Below, piece after piece: positions 29,501 to 41,875 of a DNA stretch of 64,000 bases. The notes beneath the pieces are model-generated. The model saw only the letters and a program-made list of their open reading frames with translations, made no database searches and was not told the origin of the DNA. The translations under genes and the position numbers were made by a program. Origin of the DNA: Lama guanicoe (taxonomy: Eukaryota); contig MU054338.1 of assembly GCA_013239625.1 (NCBI GenBank), forward strand, positions 5,246,724 through 5,310,723. Direction: 5' to 3'. Position 1 is the first letter of the stretch; every line of letters begins with the position of its first letter.

Positions 29501-30200
29501 TTTTTTTTTCTTTTCCATTATGGTTTATTACAGGATATTGACTATAGTTCCCTGTGCTATATAGTAGGACCTTGTTGTTTATCTATTTTATATATAGTGG
29601 TGTATATCTGCTAATCTCAAACTCCTGATTTACCCCCCTACCCTTGGTTTCCCCTTTGGTAACCATACATTTGTTTTCCTTGTCTATGAGTTTGTTTCTG
29701 TTAAATAAATAAATTCACTTGTGTCATAGTTTAGATTCCACATATAAGTGATATCGTATGATATTTGTCTTTCTTTCTGACTTACTTCACTTAGTATGAT
29801 AATCTCTAGGTCCAACCATGTTGCTGCAAATGGCATTTCCTTCTTTTTATGGCTGTGTAGTATTCCATTATGTATATATACCATATCTTCTTTATCTAGT
29901 CATTTGTTGATGGACATTTAGGTTGCGTCTATGTCTTGGCAGTTGTAAGTAGTGCTGCTATGAACATTGGGGTCCATGTATCTTTTAGAATTAGTTTTAT
30001 CTGGATATATGCCCAGGAGTGGGATTGCTGGATCATATGGTAAGTATTTTTAGTTTTTTTAAGGAACCTCCGTACTGTTTTCCATAGTGGCTGCACCAAA
30101 CTACATTCCCATCAACAGTGTGGGAGGGTTCCCTTTTCTTCACACCCTCTCCAGCATTTTTTGTTTGTGGGCTTAAAATGATGGCCATTCTGACTGGTGA
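29501..30200 (-). mobile_element. 5'-truncated LINE-1 with TSD, inserted in a MIR
   Basis: Poly(T) at 29500; ORF2 C-terminus (MPFAATWLDLEIIILSEVSQ); TSD tgaaatcac(c/t)cactttt at 29487 and 30198. Confidence 0.85.
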
Positions 30201-30747
30201 AATCACTCACTTTTCAAATCTCTGAAACAGAGCCTGGCATAAAGCACTTATTAAGTCTTATTCTTATTAATAATAAAAAGAAATTACACAAATAATTACA
30301 CTCTGCAGAGGTTCGGAGTGCCAGCAAAGTGTGTAACAGGAGGACCTGACTTCTGTTGGGGGCAGCCAGGGAAGACTTGCCAAGTCAGTAGTGTTGCAGC
30401 TGAGACAGGAAGGGCAAGTCACCGGGCAAAGGGGAGCAGAATGTTTCAGGTAGCAAGAACAGCAAATGCAAAGGCCCTGAGGCAGGCAGGAGCCTGGCAC
30501 ACTTAGGAACTGAGAAAAGGCTGGTGGCTCATAGGATTGAAAGGGGTAGGATACATAAGGTCTGGCTGGTCATGGTGAGTTGAGATACCCTGTCCTAAGA
30601 GCAAGTGAGGTGACTTGTCCAAGTGCACATGTCTAGTAAGGACAGAGCCCAGAGTTGAATCCAAGTTTACTTAGTCCCAGAGAACTTTTATTTCCCTGGT
30701 CTGAATTTGAGATAGGAGTTCTTATTTTTTGCTTTTTGTTTTTTCAG

Positions 30748-30960
30748 TAAGAAGCATAGTTTTGGTTCTTAAGGCTCAGAATCAGAGTACACTTCAGCCA
30801 CCAGAGTCCCAGGTGGTTCTTGTCACCCCTCTAAGCACACAGGAGGATCTGTGCGATCAGGAGACACAAAGGCAACTCGGCTTGGGTTCCTGCCCTTGAA
30901 GACATCACTGCCCCGAGACAGAGGAGGACGCATGCACCCAGCCAATGTGACAAGGGCTAG
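30748..30960 (+). pseudogene. Relic exon 2, 213 bp, phase 1-1, two in-frame TGA
   Basis: Long poly-pyrimidine acceptor ttttgttttttcag|, donor CTAG|gtacag; TGA at 30897 and 30948. Confidence 0.55.
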
Positions 30961-31689
30961 GTACAGAACACTGCCTCCCACGAGGGCCATGGCTGAGCAG
31001 GAGGACAGTAAGACGAAGGGGCTGCCAGCCAGAGGGATTGGCCGGAGCACAGGCATAGCTTTCTCCCAGAGGATGGTTCAGGGAGCAGGGAGCAGTAGAC
31101 ACACTCGACACAGCTTGTGAGGGAAGTGGACAGTGAGGTGGGATTGGAGAGATGTCTGTGTCCGGCTGTAAAGGACCCCAGAGAGTCAGGCAGAGAACTT
31201 GAGATTTTACACATCAGACCAGGAGTTGGCAGACTACAGCCTGCTTCCACTCACACCTTTTCTTGTATAGCCTGTGAGCTGCCAATGATTTTTCCATTTT
31301 TTTAAATGGTGGGGAAAAAACCGAGAGAAGTAGAGCATTTTGTGACATGAGAAAATTCCATGAAACGCAGTCTCAGCGTCCATCAAGCCTGATAGTAACA
31401 CGGCCACAGCTGTCATCTGCGTGTTGCCCGTGGCTATATTCAGGCCACCACGGCAGAGGCAGACTTGCTCCAGCAGGACCTGCTTCGGGGCTGCACAAAT
31501 GAGGCAACCACACAGGGCCCTGCACTTCCTGCTGCAGCTGTTTTGAAATGCTTCACCTACAAATGGAGGAGCCGCATATTTTTATCTTGCACCAGGTTCC
31601 AAAAATCATCTAGCCGAGAGGTCGTATGGCCCACAAAGCCTAAAATGCTCACTATCGAACCCTTTTCAGAAAAAAGTAGGCTAATCTTG

Positions 31690-32172
31690 CTGTGGTGAGC
31701 AGAGTAACAGGCCCCTCAGAGAGGTCCACGTGCTAATCTCCAGGACCCTGTGAAGAGTTCTCTGACCTGGCAGAAGGGACTTTGCAGATGAGATACAGCT
31801 CTGAAGATGGGAGGTGGTCTTGGATTATCTGCATGAGACCAATGTAATCACAAAGGCTCTTACCAGAGGGAGGCTGATGGATCAGAGGAGCTGTGACAGT
31901 AATAAGCAGAGAACTGATGCCTTTGACATGTTTGGAGGTGGAGGAAGGGACCAGGAGCCATGGAATGTATGCCTCTTGAAGCCGGAAAAGCCCAAGAAAC
32001 AGATCCTCTCCTGGCACCTCCAGATCGCAGCCCAGCCGGTACCTGCATTTTTAGCCTGGTAAGACTAACCTTGGACTTCTGACCTCCAGGACCGTAAGAT
32101 AATAAATGTGTGTCGTTTGAAGCCACCGGGGTTGTAGTAATTTATTACAGCATCCACGGGGCACTGATACAC
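31690..32172 (+). mobile_element. MLT1-type (MaLR) solo LTR
   Basis: tgtggtgagcagagtaacaggcccc...ggactttgcagatg...ataaatgtgtgtcgtttgaagccac. Confidence 0.75.
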
Positions 32173-32792
32173 TTGCCATGGGCAGTGAGTACCTAAAAGA
32201 ATTTGCCTTTCAGCCAAAGAGAGTTTTAAATGAGACAGTCACATGATTCTTTGCTGATTGATTGGAAGGGAACCAGAAGCAGGGGTGCTGTACACACTTC
32301 AAAGGAGGGAGATGTCACCGCAAGAGGCTGTCACGACAGCCGGCTGGAGAGATGTCAAAGCAGGCATGGGGTGGGGTATAGAGAGAAGGAGGACTCCAGA
32401 TGTTCCAGAGGCAGGACCACTGAGACTTGGCAGCAGGCAGGCGTGGACAAGGTGGTAGCCCGAGTCATCAGACCCAGTGATATGGGGGAAAGCCGCGACA
32501 TCTGAACCATTTCCAGGGCTCCGAACATGGGTGGGGGTTATTTGGGGGACACAAGAAATAGGTTTAAACGTCAGGGGAGCCATTCATGGGTCACCTCTGT
32601 CTGGGAGGCATCGAAGCGGAGCACCCATCCTGAGAACCAGAAGCCTGAACAAGCCCAAAGAGCCTTCAGGCACCCAAGCCCTCTGGGACCCCGACTTCAA
32701 CCTGATTCCGTCTCAAGTGCTGAGTAGGCCAGTTCTACGGAAAACTGGGAAGCTTTATTTCATTTTCCCCAGGCAGTTGAGTTTCTTTTCAG

Positions 32793-32872
32793 GTCGGCAG
32801 CACTTTGGAGGTCACATCCCCGATTACTTCAAGTTGGAGGAGCAGGAAGCCATGGGCCCTGGCTTCTTCCAG
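32793..32872 (+). pseudogene. Relic exon 3 (GRQHFGGHIPDYFKLEEQEAMGPGFFQ), phase 1-0
   Basis: Acceptor tttcttttcag|; donor is non-canonical CAG|gcgtgg. Confidence 0.5.
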
Positions 32873-33488
32873 GCGTGGGTCCCCGAGGCGCTGTGTGTGC
32901 ATTTCTGACCCAGAGAGCCTGGCCCTGGAGCGGGCCTAGAAGCGTGGGGCTTTTGTCCAGGGGCTGCTGTGCCCATCACCTCCCCTGGCCTCCCTTGTAA
33001 AATTCAGGTGGCGTGGTCACCTCGGGAACACGTGGAGGGCAGGCCCCTAGGAGAGCAGCTGACGCCCAGGACGGTCATGGCGCAGACCCATAAAGAAAAT
33101 TGTATTTAACACCCTGGAGAGCAGGAAGGGCTCGCCTTCCCGTCTCAGGGTCACGGGTCCTCGAGTGCCATGGCGTGGGTCACTGACCTGAGTGAACTCA
33201 GTGAGTTTCGGTTTCCAGGCGACCTTCCTGGATCTGACCCGTGACCCTTCCACTCAGTGTCCTTCTGGCCAGAACAGCAGTGGCGTTTTATCTCTTGTGT
33301 CAAAGGTTAGAATTGTGCTGTTGATGGTGATCACTTTCACTTCCACTTCCACTGTCATCCACCTTGTTCTCACCAGTGACTCAGGAGCAGCCACTGTTAC
33401 TTTTTTTTCTTTTTTAAAGATTTCTGGGGGTTTTTTGATCCAACGGTTCTTTTTCATGCCCTACGGGTTCTTCTTAATGTCTTGCGCT

Positions 33489-33578
33489 TATTTTGTTTTT
33501 AATGGAGATACTGGGGATTGAACCCAGGACCTCATGCATGCTAAACACGTACTCTGCCACTGAGCTATACCCTCCCCT
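33489..33578 (-). mobile_element. tRNA-derived SINE (Vic-1-like)
   Basis: ctggggattgaacccaggacctc...ccactgagctatacc, same family as 10629 and 13104. Confidence 0.85.
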
Positions 33579-33659
33579 CCTTGTTCTTGCTTTGTCTCTA
33601 AATGCCTTGTGTGTATTTGTCAGGCTTGTTGCAATGCTTCTTAAAAAAATTAAGCAAAA

Positions 33660-34170
33660 ATTCAGTGGTTTCTAGTATATTCACAAAGTTGTGCAAACCT
33701 CGCTACTGTCTCATTCCAGCACATTTTCATACCTCCAGAAAGGAACTCCATGCCCGTTAGCAGTCTGTGCCCAGCCCCTGGCAACCACCAGTCTACTTTC
33801 TGGCTCCATGGATTTGCCTGTTCTGAACTCTTCCCCTAAATGCAACCATACGATACATGGCTTTTTGTGTCTGGTTTCTTTCACTGAGCATCATGTCTTC
33901 AAAGTTCATCAGTGTTGTGTGATTTAGTACCTTATTCCTTTTTAGGACTGAATAATATTCCACTGTATGGATGGACCACATTTTGTTTATCTATTCATCC
34001 ATCAGTGGACATTTGGGCAGTTTCCTCCTTTTGACTTTTGTGAGTCACGCTGCTGTGAACATTCATGGACAAGTTTTTGTATGAACATATGTTTTCATTC
34101 TTCTTGGGTAAATAACCCAGGATTGGCAAGGTTGGGTCCCACAGTAACTTTCTGAGGAAACACCAGACCG
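33660..34170 (-). mobile_element. L1MB-like 3' fragment
   Basis: MWSIHTVEYYS-type ORF2 end on -. Confidence 0.7.
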
Positions 34171-35689
34171 TTTTCCCCAGTCTTTTCTTTATAAATGAGA
34201 TGGAGGCTTATCAGTGGTTGGCAGGTGCTCAGTCTGCTGTGACATGACCGTTCTCCAGCCCTGCTCCTTGTCCAGCATCCTATGGGAAGCAGGCCAAGGG
34301 CCCACGAGTTTGCCAGGGTCCGCCTGCAGGGTGCCTCCCACCTGCCCCGATGGACCGGGACGAGTGCACCACGGATGGTGTTCCCGTGACCAGCCTCTGC
34401 CCAACCCTGGCAACTCCCACATTCCATGTAGCACAGACCCCCAAACCACCCAGCTTCCCAGACAAAAGTTCCAAGAGCACGGCCAGCAGCATTTCTTGGA
34501 GCGCTCAACGCGCATTAACCTCTGATCATGCACAGTTAGGAACACGTTGCACCTGAGGAACAAGCCGGGTGTGGTATCAGCTATTAAAAGCTCACACAAA
34601 TTGATAAGAACCAAAGGGGCAAAGATCAGAAACAGACAATTCCCAGGGGAGAAAGAGCCAACAAACCTCAAAGCGGCCCTTGGGTGCGGGCTGGTCGGGG
34701 AGATCATCCCAGTGCCACCAGGCCCCCGCCGCTGGCTCTCCTCGCAGTGGCAGCCATGTTAATTGGGAGGCCCTTTTGGAAGATTCTTACTTGGCATCTT
34801 AAAGAGTTCATACCCTGACTCTGTGATTAAATCACTGAGAAGTATCTTCAACCCCCAGTGGAAGGGCTATTTACAGGAGGTTATTTCTTAACGATCATTA
34901 ATGAGTGAAAGGTTGGCAATGATCTAAACACCCAGCAGTGAGGCTGGCTTGGTGAACTGCACGTCCACTAGAAATGACGGGTAGGAGGCCGGTGACCATG
35001 TGGAGTAGAAGGCGCCTCCGGGCCCTGGGCCAAACACTGCAGACACAGTTAATCCTCACGTAAGCTTGTGAGTTGGGTCTGACTAGCTGCATTTTACAGG
35101 ATCAAGTGGACCCAAGGTCCCTCCTAGAAGAGAGCAGAAAGGGGCCAGGGACTGATGGACCTCGGCACACACAGGCACAACTTTGATGCCAAACTGCTTG
35201 TGATGGAAAAGAGAGCAGAGCACAGCCCTCCGCCCATGGCCGGAAAGGTTGGGGCAGAGGAGAGAAAGGGAAACGGAGTGGACCAGCCCTGAGGGAGGCC
35301 CAGCCCCAGGGGCCATGGGCAGGGGGAAGGGCTGAGCAGGCCACAGATAAGGGCTGTGTAGGGGCTGGGGAGAGAGGAGGGCCCTGGGAGATGGCTTGCA
35401 TGGACCACTCTGGGGAAGGAGGACCCAGCGGGGTTGGGGGTCCTGGGTTTGTGGTGACATCTATGGTGTTATTTCCACTCCCCTATCCAAGCAGAGGCCA
35501 GTGGCTTAAGATGCTTCAGGGTGTAGAGAAGCTGGCAACTCCAGTAGTGCAGTTAAAGTGCGGCTTCAGGTTCACATGCGAGAGGGAGGAAGCCGAGGCC
35601 GTGGAGAAAGGGTGCAGCTTTATCTTTGCTCCTCCCCACATCCCTGGGCACCTGATGCAGTGCCGTCTTACTCAGGTGCCTCCTGGGCA

Positions 35690-36060
35690 TGTGAGTCCAC
35701 TAGGGCTGTCATAACAGCACAGACCAGGGGTTTAAACAACAGAAATCCATTTCCTCACTGGTCTGGAGGCGAGGAGTCCAAGGTCAAGGTTGGTTTCATT
35801 CTGAGGCCTCACTCCTTGGCTTGCAGATGGCCATCTTCTCCCCATGTCCTCACACGGTCTTTCCTCTGCACATGTCTGTGTCCAAATTTCCCCGTTTGAT
35901 AAGGACACCAGTCATATTGGATTAGGGTCCACCCTAATGACGTCATTCAACTCATTCACCTCTTGAAAGGCCCTAAATCCAAAGACAGACAGGTTCTGAG
36001 GTCCGGGGGGGTTAAGGCTTCAACATAGGAGTTTGGGGTAGGGGGACACGATTCAGCTCA
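35690..36060 (-). mobile_element. MLT1-type solo LTR
   Basis: ctagggctgtcataaca...aaggacaccagtcatattggattaggg. Confidence 0.75.
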
Positions 36061-37869
36061 CAGGATTGTGCCAGCCCACTGAGTGTGGGCAGGGGAGCTC
36101 ACGTGGCCTTTGTCACACACAGGCACTGCCCAGTCTTCCACAGCTCAAGAGGATTCTGGAGTTTGAGTACCCCCATTCTCTGACAGGTGGAGTGGACCTG
36201 GAGCTCCAGTTGGAGGACGGGGACCTGTACATCAGGGGCTCAAGACTCAGCAGGGGACCACATGGAAGAGCGCAGAGGCTGGCCAGAGCAGCCACAGCCA
36301 CAGCGCGGGCGGGAGCTGCTGGTGGGAGGGATGGGCCGTCTCCCTGGACCAGCTTCCCCCTCCAGGAGCAGGGGTTTTCCTGAGCTCACCCCCAGGGAAG
36401 TCCCACTGAGCACATGCTCACCTGCCCTCCTCTGAGCTGTTGCCCCGGGGCTTTCTCTACTCAGATCCCCACCGCTGTCTTGCCCCTTCCCCTAGAAACC
36501 CAGCTCTGCTCCCACCACGCCTCAGGAGATAGGGCACTGGCCCAGGGCCTGACTCTCAGTTGAGCTGCCAGCAACATGAGCCCTGCCCTCTCCAGGCGCT
36601 GTGGGCTCCTGGAGGGAACAGCTGGCCTTCCCCGGGGCCCAGCCCAAGGCCTGGCACCCAGTAGGCAATGAAGGTCCGCTGACCAAATGACCAAACAGCC
36701 ACCCGCCCTGTCAAGGGCCAAGGGCAGTAAGACAGCAGCCTGGGTTCACCATGTCCTGGCAGAGCCCACCCCGTCCCTGTCGTCATCCCCGTCCCTGCCC
36801 CCTGCCCCTATCAGGCCACCCAAGTTGGGCAAAACGGTCACCCAATTCTGCCCCAGCCCAAGGAGGACCTGCCAGACTCCAAGGGCCCATGGTTGAGGGC
36901 GTTGCTGACATGAGCATTGTGGGATGGTGGCAACAAGGAGCTGGAGGGGGCACCCCAGCCCCAACTCACCACCCCTCTGTCACAAGCCCTGCCACCTGCT
37001 GTCCAGTGCCTCGTGGGTGAACTAGCTTGTTCCCTGTCCAGTGACCCGCACAGGCTGGACCAGTATCCTTAGCACATCATCTGCCTCGCTCACCTCAGAG
37101 CTGCAAGGACCCGGAGGCCAGAGTGGGTCAGACCGGGGGCAGGGGTGGGGGGCGGGGAGAAAGCGCCCCTCCCCTCAGATCTGTCCCCTCCCAGGACCCA
37201 GGCTGGGCCTCACATTCTAGAGTCCTGAGCCTTCAGCCCACACCAGTGCTTCCCTTCAGTCAGAGCAGGCCAAGGGTCAGGAGGAACTAGAAACAGATTT
37301 TTCCCCAGAAAGGTGGGGTGGAGGTAGACAGGCCAAAGGTCACTGAACAAAAATCCTCCCTTGGGGGAGGGGGAGAAGCCCCTCTGGGCTGGAGGGACAT
37401 GGCTAAGAAAGTGGCTGCAGCAGGTGCCCTGCAAGCAGGGCTGCTCACTGACCTTTGGGCCGGAGGATTCTTCCTGGCGGGGGCAGAACTGTGCCTCACA
37501 GGATGTTTAGCAGCATCTCTGGCCACCACCTCCCCCTGCTTCCAGCCTCTATGACAAACATCTCTCCAGACTTGGCCAGGTGTCCCCCAGGGGGACAATT
37601 GGCCAGGTGAGCACCCCCGCTTAGGAAGGAAGCCTGGAAAGAGTGCTCCCTTGACCGGGTGCCTGTGCTGATGTTAAGGGCCTTCAGCTCACATCCAGCA
37701 GGTATTCTGGGAGCCTGCTGTTTTATGTGCCCTGTTTCCCTCTGCCAGGAATTCTCTGTCCCCCCATTCCCCTCCCAACCCGTCGTCTCCCAGAACTGAG
37801 TCTACATATCACTTCCCCTGAGGGGTGTTCCACAGGCCCTGCTCTTAGCAGTTTGACCCCCGCATGGGT

Positions 37870-38330
37870 GCTGCGATCAGCAAAATAATACCCTTCCCTC
37901 AAGATGTCTGCATTTTGATCCCTAGAGCCTGTGAAGATGTGACCTTACATGGCAAAAGGGAATTCTGTAGGTGAGATGAAGTTAAAGCTCTGGAGCTGGG
38001 GAGATGACCCTGGATTCTCTAGGTGGATCCCATGTCATCACTAGGGTCCTTATGAGAGGGAAGCAGGAGGGTCAGAGAGATTTGAAGATGCTCCGCTGCT
38101 GGGCTTGGAGAGAGAGGAAGTGGCCCCGAGCCAAGGATTACAGGCAGCTTTTAGAAACTGGAAAAGTCCAGGAAACTGGTTCCCCCTTGAGCCTCCAGAA
38201 GGAACCAGCTCTGCTAACACCTTGATTTTTGGGCTTCTGCCTTCTGGGACTGTAAAAGGACACATTTGAGTTGTTTTAAGTCAACTGGGGTTGCAGTAAT
38301 TTGTTGCGGCAGCCACAAGGAACTTGTACA
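37870..38330 (+). mobile_element. MLT1-type solo LTR
   Basis: gaccttacatggcaaaaggg...gagcctccagaaggaaccagc...aatttgttgcggcagc. Confidence 0.75.
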
Positions 38331-38685
38331 AGAATTTACTCTGATGCCTTGAGTCAGGGAGAGGTTGGTGGTCAGGCTGGCATCTGCCTCTCTTGGCAGG
38401 AGCTGTGGTGCACGGTGGGCTGCTGTCTGTCTCCCACTGTGTGCATCTCCTGCTAGATGGAGAGGATACAAGGGTTTAGGAGTCAGGGTTTGAGTGGACC
38501 AGACCTTCTTAGGCTTAGAACACTGAGATGGAGAAACAGAGAAAATGATCATTTTTTCTCCCCCAATTAAAAAAAAAAGTTACCCCTGTAAAGACCAAAA
38601 AGCCACAATCTTTGCTTGACATAGCTGACTTTGAAATGCTTTTCCCACATTCTTCCCAGGCCAATTTTTCTCTCCTCCACCACAG

Positions 38686-38872
38686 TACGTGTCACACGTG
38701 GGAAAGAGGCATGGATCAGTCACTCCTGGAACTGCACAGAGTAGCCACTGACAAAAAATGGCCAAGTCACTTGTGTGACTTCATTGAATGAGCAGGAGAA
38801 ACCCATCCAAGAACAAGATGATGACATAACCAACTTGCACAAGATGGGTGTCCTGGAAGAGTGTACTTTTCG
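38686..38872 (+). pseudogene. Relic exon 9 (RVTRGKEAWISHSWNCTE*PLTKNGQVTCVTSLNEQEKPIQEQDDDITNLHKMGVLEECTF), phase 1-2
   Basis: Acceptor tttttctctcctccaccacag|; TAG at 38742; donor CG|atgagt is one change from gtgagt. Confidence 0.5.
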
Positions 38873-39389
38873 ATGAGTACCCTCTGAGAGACTGTGCTGA
38901 TGAGAGCTCAGCCTTAGGCTGGCTTCCCCCATCCCCAGGAGTGACGTCCCTGGTACCCAAACACACGTGTTCCATGGTCACCAAGCAGTGCATGCCTGTG
39001 TATCTTTTCTATAAGTTGTCTTAGACCTTTTGTTCTTTCGTTTGTATCATTCCTTCAAATAAAGTAACTTGCTACCCCATCCCCCAAAACAAAACAAAAA
39101 TTCCTTGTGCCTGAGGAGCTGTGATGGCCTGTTTTGACTTGCATCCTTTCTTCAAGGGGCTCCCTGAAGGAAGGATGCAAGGCACCAGCCTTTGTTTTGC
39201 CTAACTTGCAACTCTCTTAGGGCAGACGAGGGCTATGCAGAGGGCATTGCTTGAAAACACTGAAAGGCAAATAAATGAACAAGGTATTGCCACATTGAGG
39301 GAAAGATTACAGTTAGGACAAACAATAGGCATATGAGAGCTGGAGAGGAGAAGCTGGGGAGAGAGTCACTTTGGGGTACAAATAGCTTT

Positions 39390-41185
39390 GGAAAGCATTC
39401 TACATGTAACAGGGAATTTAGAGGGTCATGCACGTGGCCAGGGCAGGATGCATGCTCAGAAAAGCCTGGAGTAGACCCTAAGCATTCCCCTTCAGCTGAC
39501 CTTCAGGCTCAGCATTAGCAGGAAGCGAAGGCTAAGGCAGAGTTATAAACTACCTGGCTAAGTGTTGAAGGAATGCCCTCCACACAGAGTCAGTCTGCAA
39601 AGAAATTAAACAGTACTTTGAGATGAATGAAAACAAAAATATAACACACCAAAATGCATGACATGCAGCAAAAGCAGTGCTCAGAGAGAAATGCACAGCT
39701 GTAAATGCCTACATTAAAAAAGAAAGATCTCACATTGATGACCTAACTTTATACCTTAAGGAACCAGGAAAAGAGTAAGCTAAATTTAAAGCTAGCAGAA
39801 GAAAGGAAATAAGAAAGATTATAACAGAGATGAGTGGAATAGAAAAATAGGGAGAATCAACAAAAGCAACAGTCGATTCCTTGAAAAGATCAACAGAAAT
39901 TGACAAAAGAAAAAAAAAGAGAGAAACCAAATAACTAAATTCAGAATAACTACCAATGTTACAGAAATATGGCAGGTTATAAGAAAATACTATGAACAAT
40001 TGTATGCCAACAAATTAGATAATCTAGATGAAATGAGCAAATTCAAACAAACTATAGAAACTGACTGAAGAAGAAATAGAAAATTTGACCAGTTATATGT
40101 GTTACTCTAGGGACCCTACTTCTTCCCATAAGCCAGTGGTTTTCAAACTCCCTTCAGAGGCTCAAGGATTCCCACTCATCAGGAGTGGATGGGGATGGGG
40201 TGGGAGTGCTCTGGGGACCCCAACCCCTGTTTGAACCACACAGCTCTGTTTATTTCATTTTTCTCTTGTGGAGTGAGGGATTCTACATAGAATTTCTAAG
40301 GAGTTGCGCACACCTGGATTTGACTTTGCTAGCCCTGGGAAGAAGAATTTGGTGAGGTGGAGGGGTCAGGATGCCAGAGCTGAGTGAGGGCCAGTGCTAG
40401 ATTGGGCCTGCTCTGAGGGAGGGTATGTCCACTGTGGTACTCAGAAGGAGCTGCAGGTTCTAATTGCCTGGTCAAGCAAGAGCTCATGACCACTCAGGAG
40501 GAAAGGGGCTGCTTCTGTCGCCATCACTGATGGCCCTGGGCTCCCATTTGGTTGGCTATTGAAGGTCCCCTGCAATTCCATATGAATTTTATGATCTGCT
40601 TTTCCATTTTTGCAAAAAACAAAAAAAAGAAATCATTGGTATTTTGATAGGGATTGCATGGAATCTGTAGATCACTCTGAGGAGTATTGCCAACTTAATA
40701 TCACATCTTCCAATCCATGAACATGGGATGTCTTCCATGTCTTTAGGTTTTATTTAATTTCTTTTCACAATTATTCATAGTTTTTCAGTCTATAAGTCTT
40801 GCACTTCCAGAGTTAAGTTTATTCCTAAGTATTTTATTCTTCTTGATGCCACTATAAGTGGAATTATTTAAAAATTACCTTTCAGATTGCTCACTGCTAT
40901 TGTGTAGAAATGTAACTGATTTATGTGTGTTAATCTTGTGTCCTGCAACTTTGTTGACTTTATTAGCTCTAATAGTTTTGTGTGTATGGATTCTTTAGGA
41001 TTTATTCTGTATATATGAAAATGTCATTTGCAAATTGAATATTTTTACTCCTCGTTTCCAATTTGATTACCTTTTATTTCTATGTCTTGCTGAATTTCCC
41101 CAACTAGAACCTGTAGTACAATATTGAAAAGAAGTGGCCAATGTGGACGTCTTTTTCTTATTCTTGATCTTAGAGGGGAAACGTA
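39390..41185. mobile_element. Two oppositely oriented LINE-1 ORF2 fragments (+ ~39390-40090, - ~40560-41185)
   Basis: tatgccaacaaattagataatctagatgaaatg (+) and tctgtagatcact...ttccaatccatgaacatggg (-). Confidence 0.7.
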
Positions 41186-41562
41186 GGCCAGAGCCTTTAT
41201 TGTGATTTCCATGGGAAGGAATGGGTGAGGCAGTGTCAGTAGGCTTAGGATGGGCTAGCTGGAATAATTTCAGCAAGCTCTGGGGTGCAGGGGCTGGCCC
41301 TAGTTGTCTGGCACCTAGTGGGATAGAGGCGGGCAGGGAGGGGCGGGGTGGTTCAGGGCTGGAAGATAGTGGCCCTGAGAGTGAGAGCCTGATGGAGGAG
41401 CAGATTAGGGTATGGGCTCTGGATTGGCTGGTTTGCATATGAAAGCTGCCCTCCAACGGAAGTCCTTTACTATCTTTAGGAATCTGCTAGCCCTGGGAGG
41501 GGCAGTACCTCCAGGATCAGCAAGGCCCCAGCTGTCAAAACATCAGAATAAAAAAGACATGC

Positions 41563-41875
41563 AGGGAACACAGAGGATTTAGGGCAGTGAAAACACCCAG
41601 TATGGCACCATAATGATGGATACATGTCCTTATACACTTGTTCAAACCCACAGAATGTACAATCAGGAGTGAACCCACACGTAAACTATGGACTTTGGAT
41701 TATAATGATATGTCAGTGTAGGTTCATTATTAGCGGTAAGAAACGTACCTCTGAGATGTGGGATGTTGATAATGGGGAAGGCAGTGCGTGTGTCGGGGCC
41801 AGGGTATTTGGTAAATGTCAATTTTGCTGGGAAAATTCAACTGTTTTTTTAAAAATATTGAAGTCTTAATAAAAA
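41563..41875 (+). mobile_element. L1MC/MD-like 3' end
   Basis: gtaaactatggactttgg...atgttgataatgggg. Confidence 0.65.
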
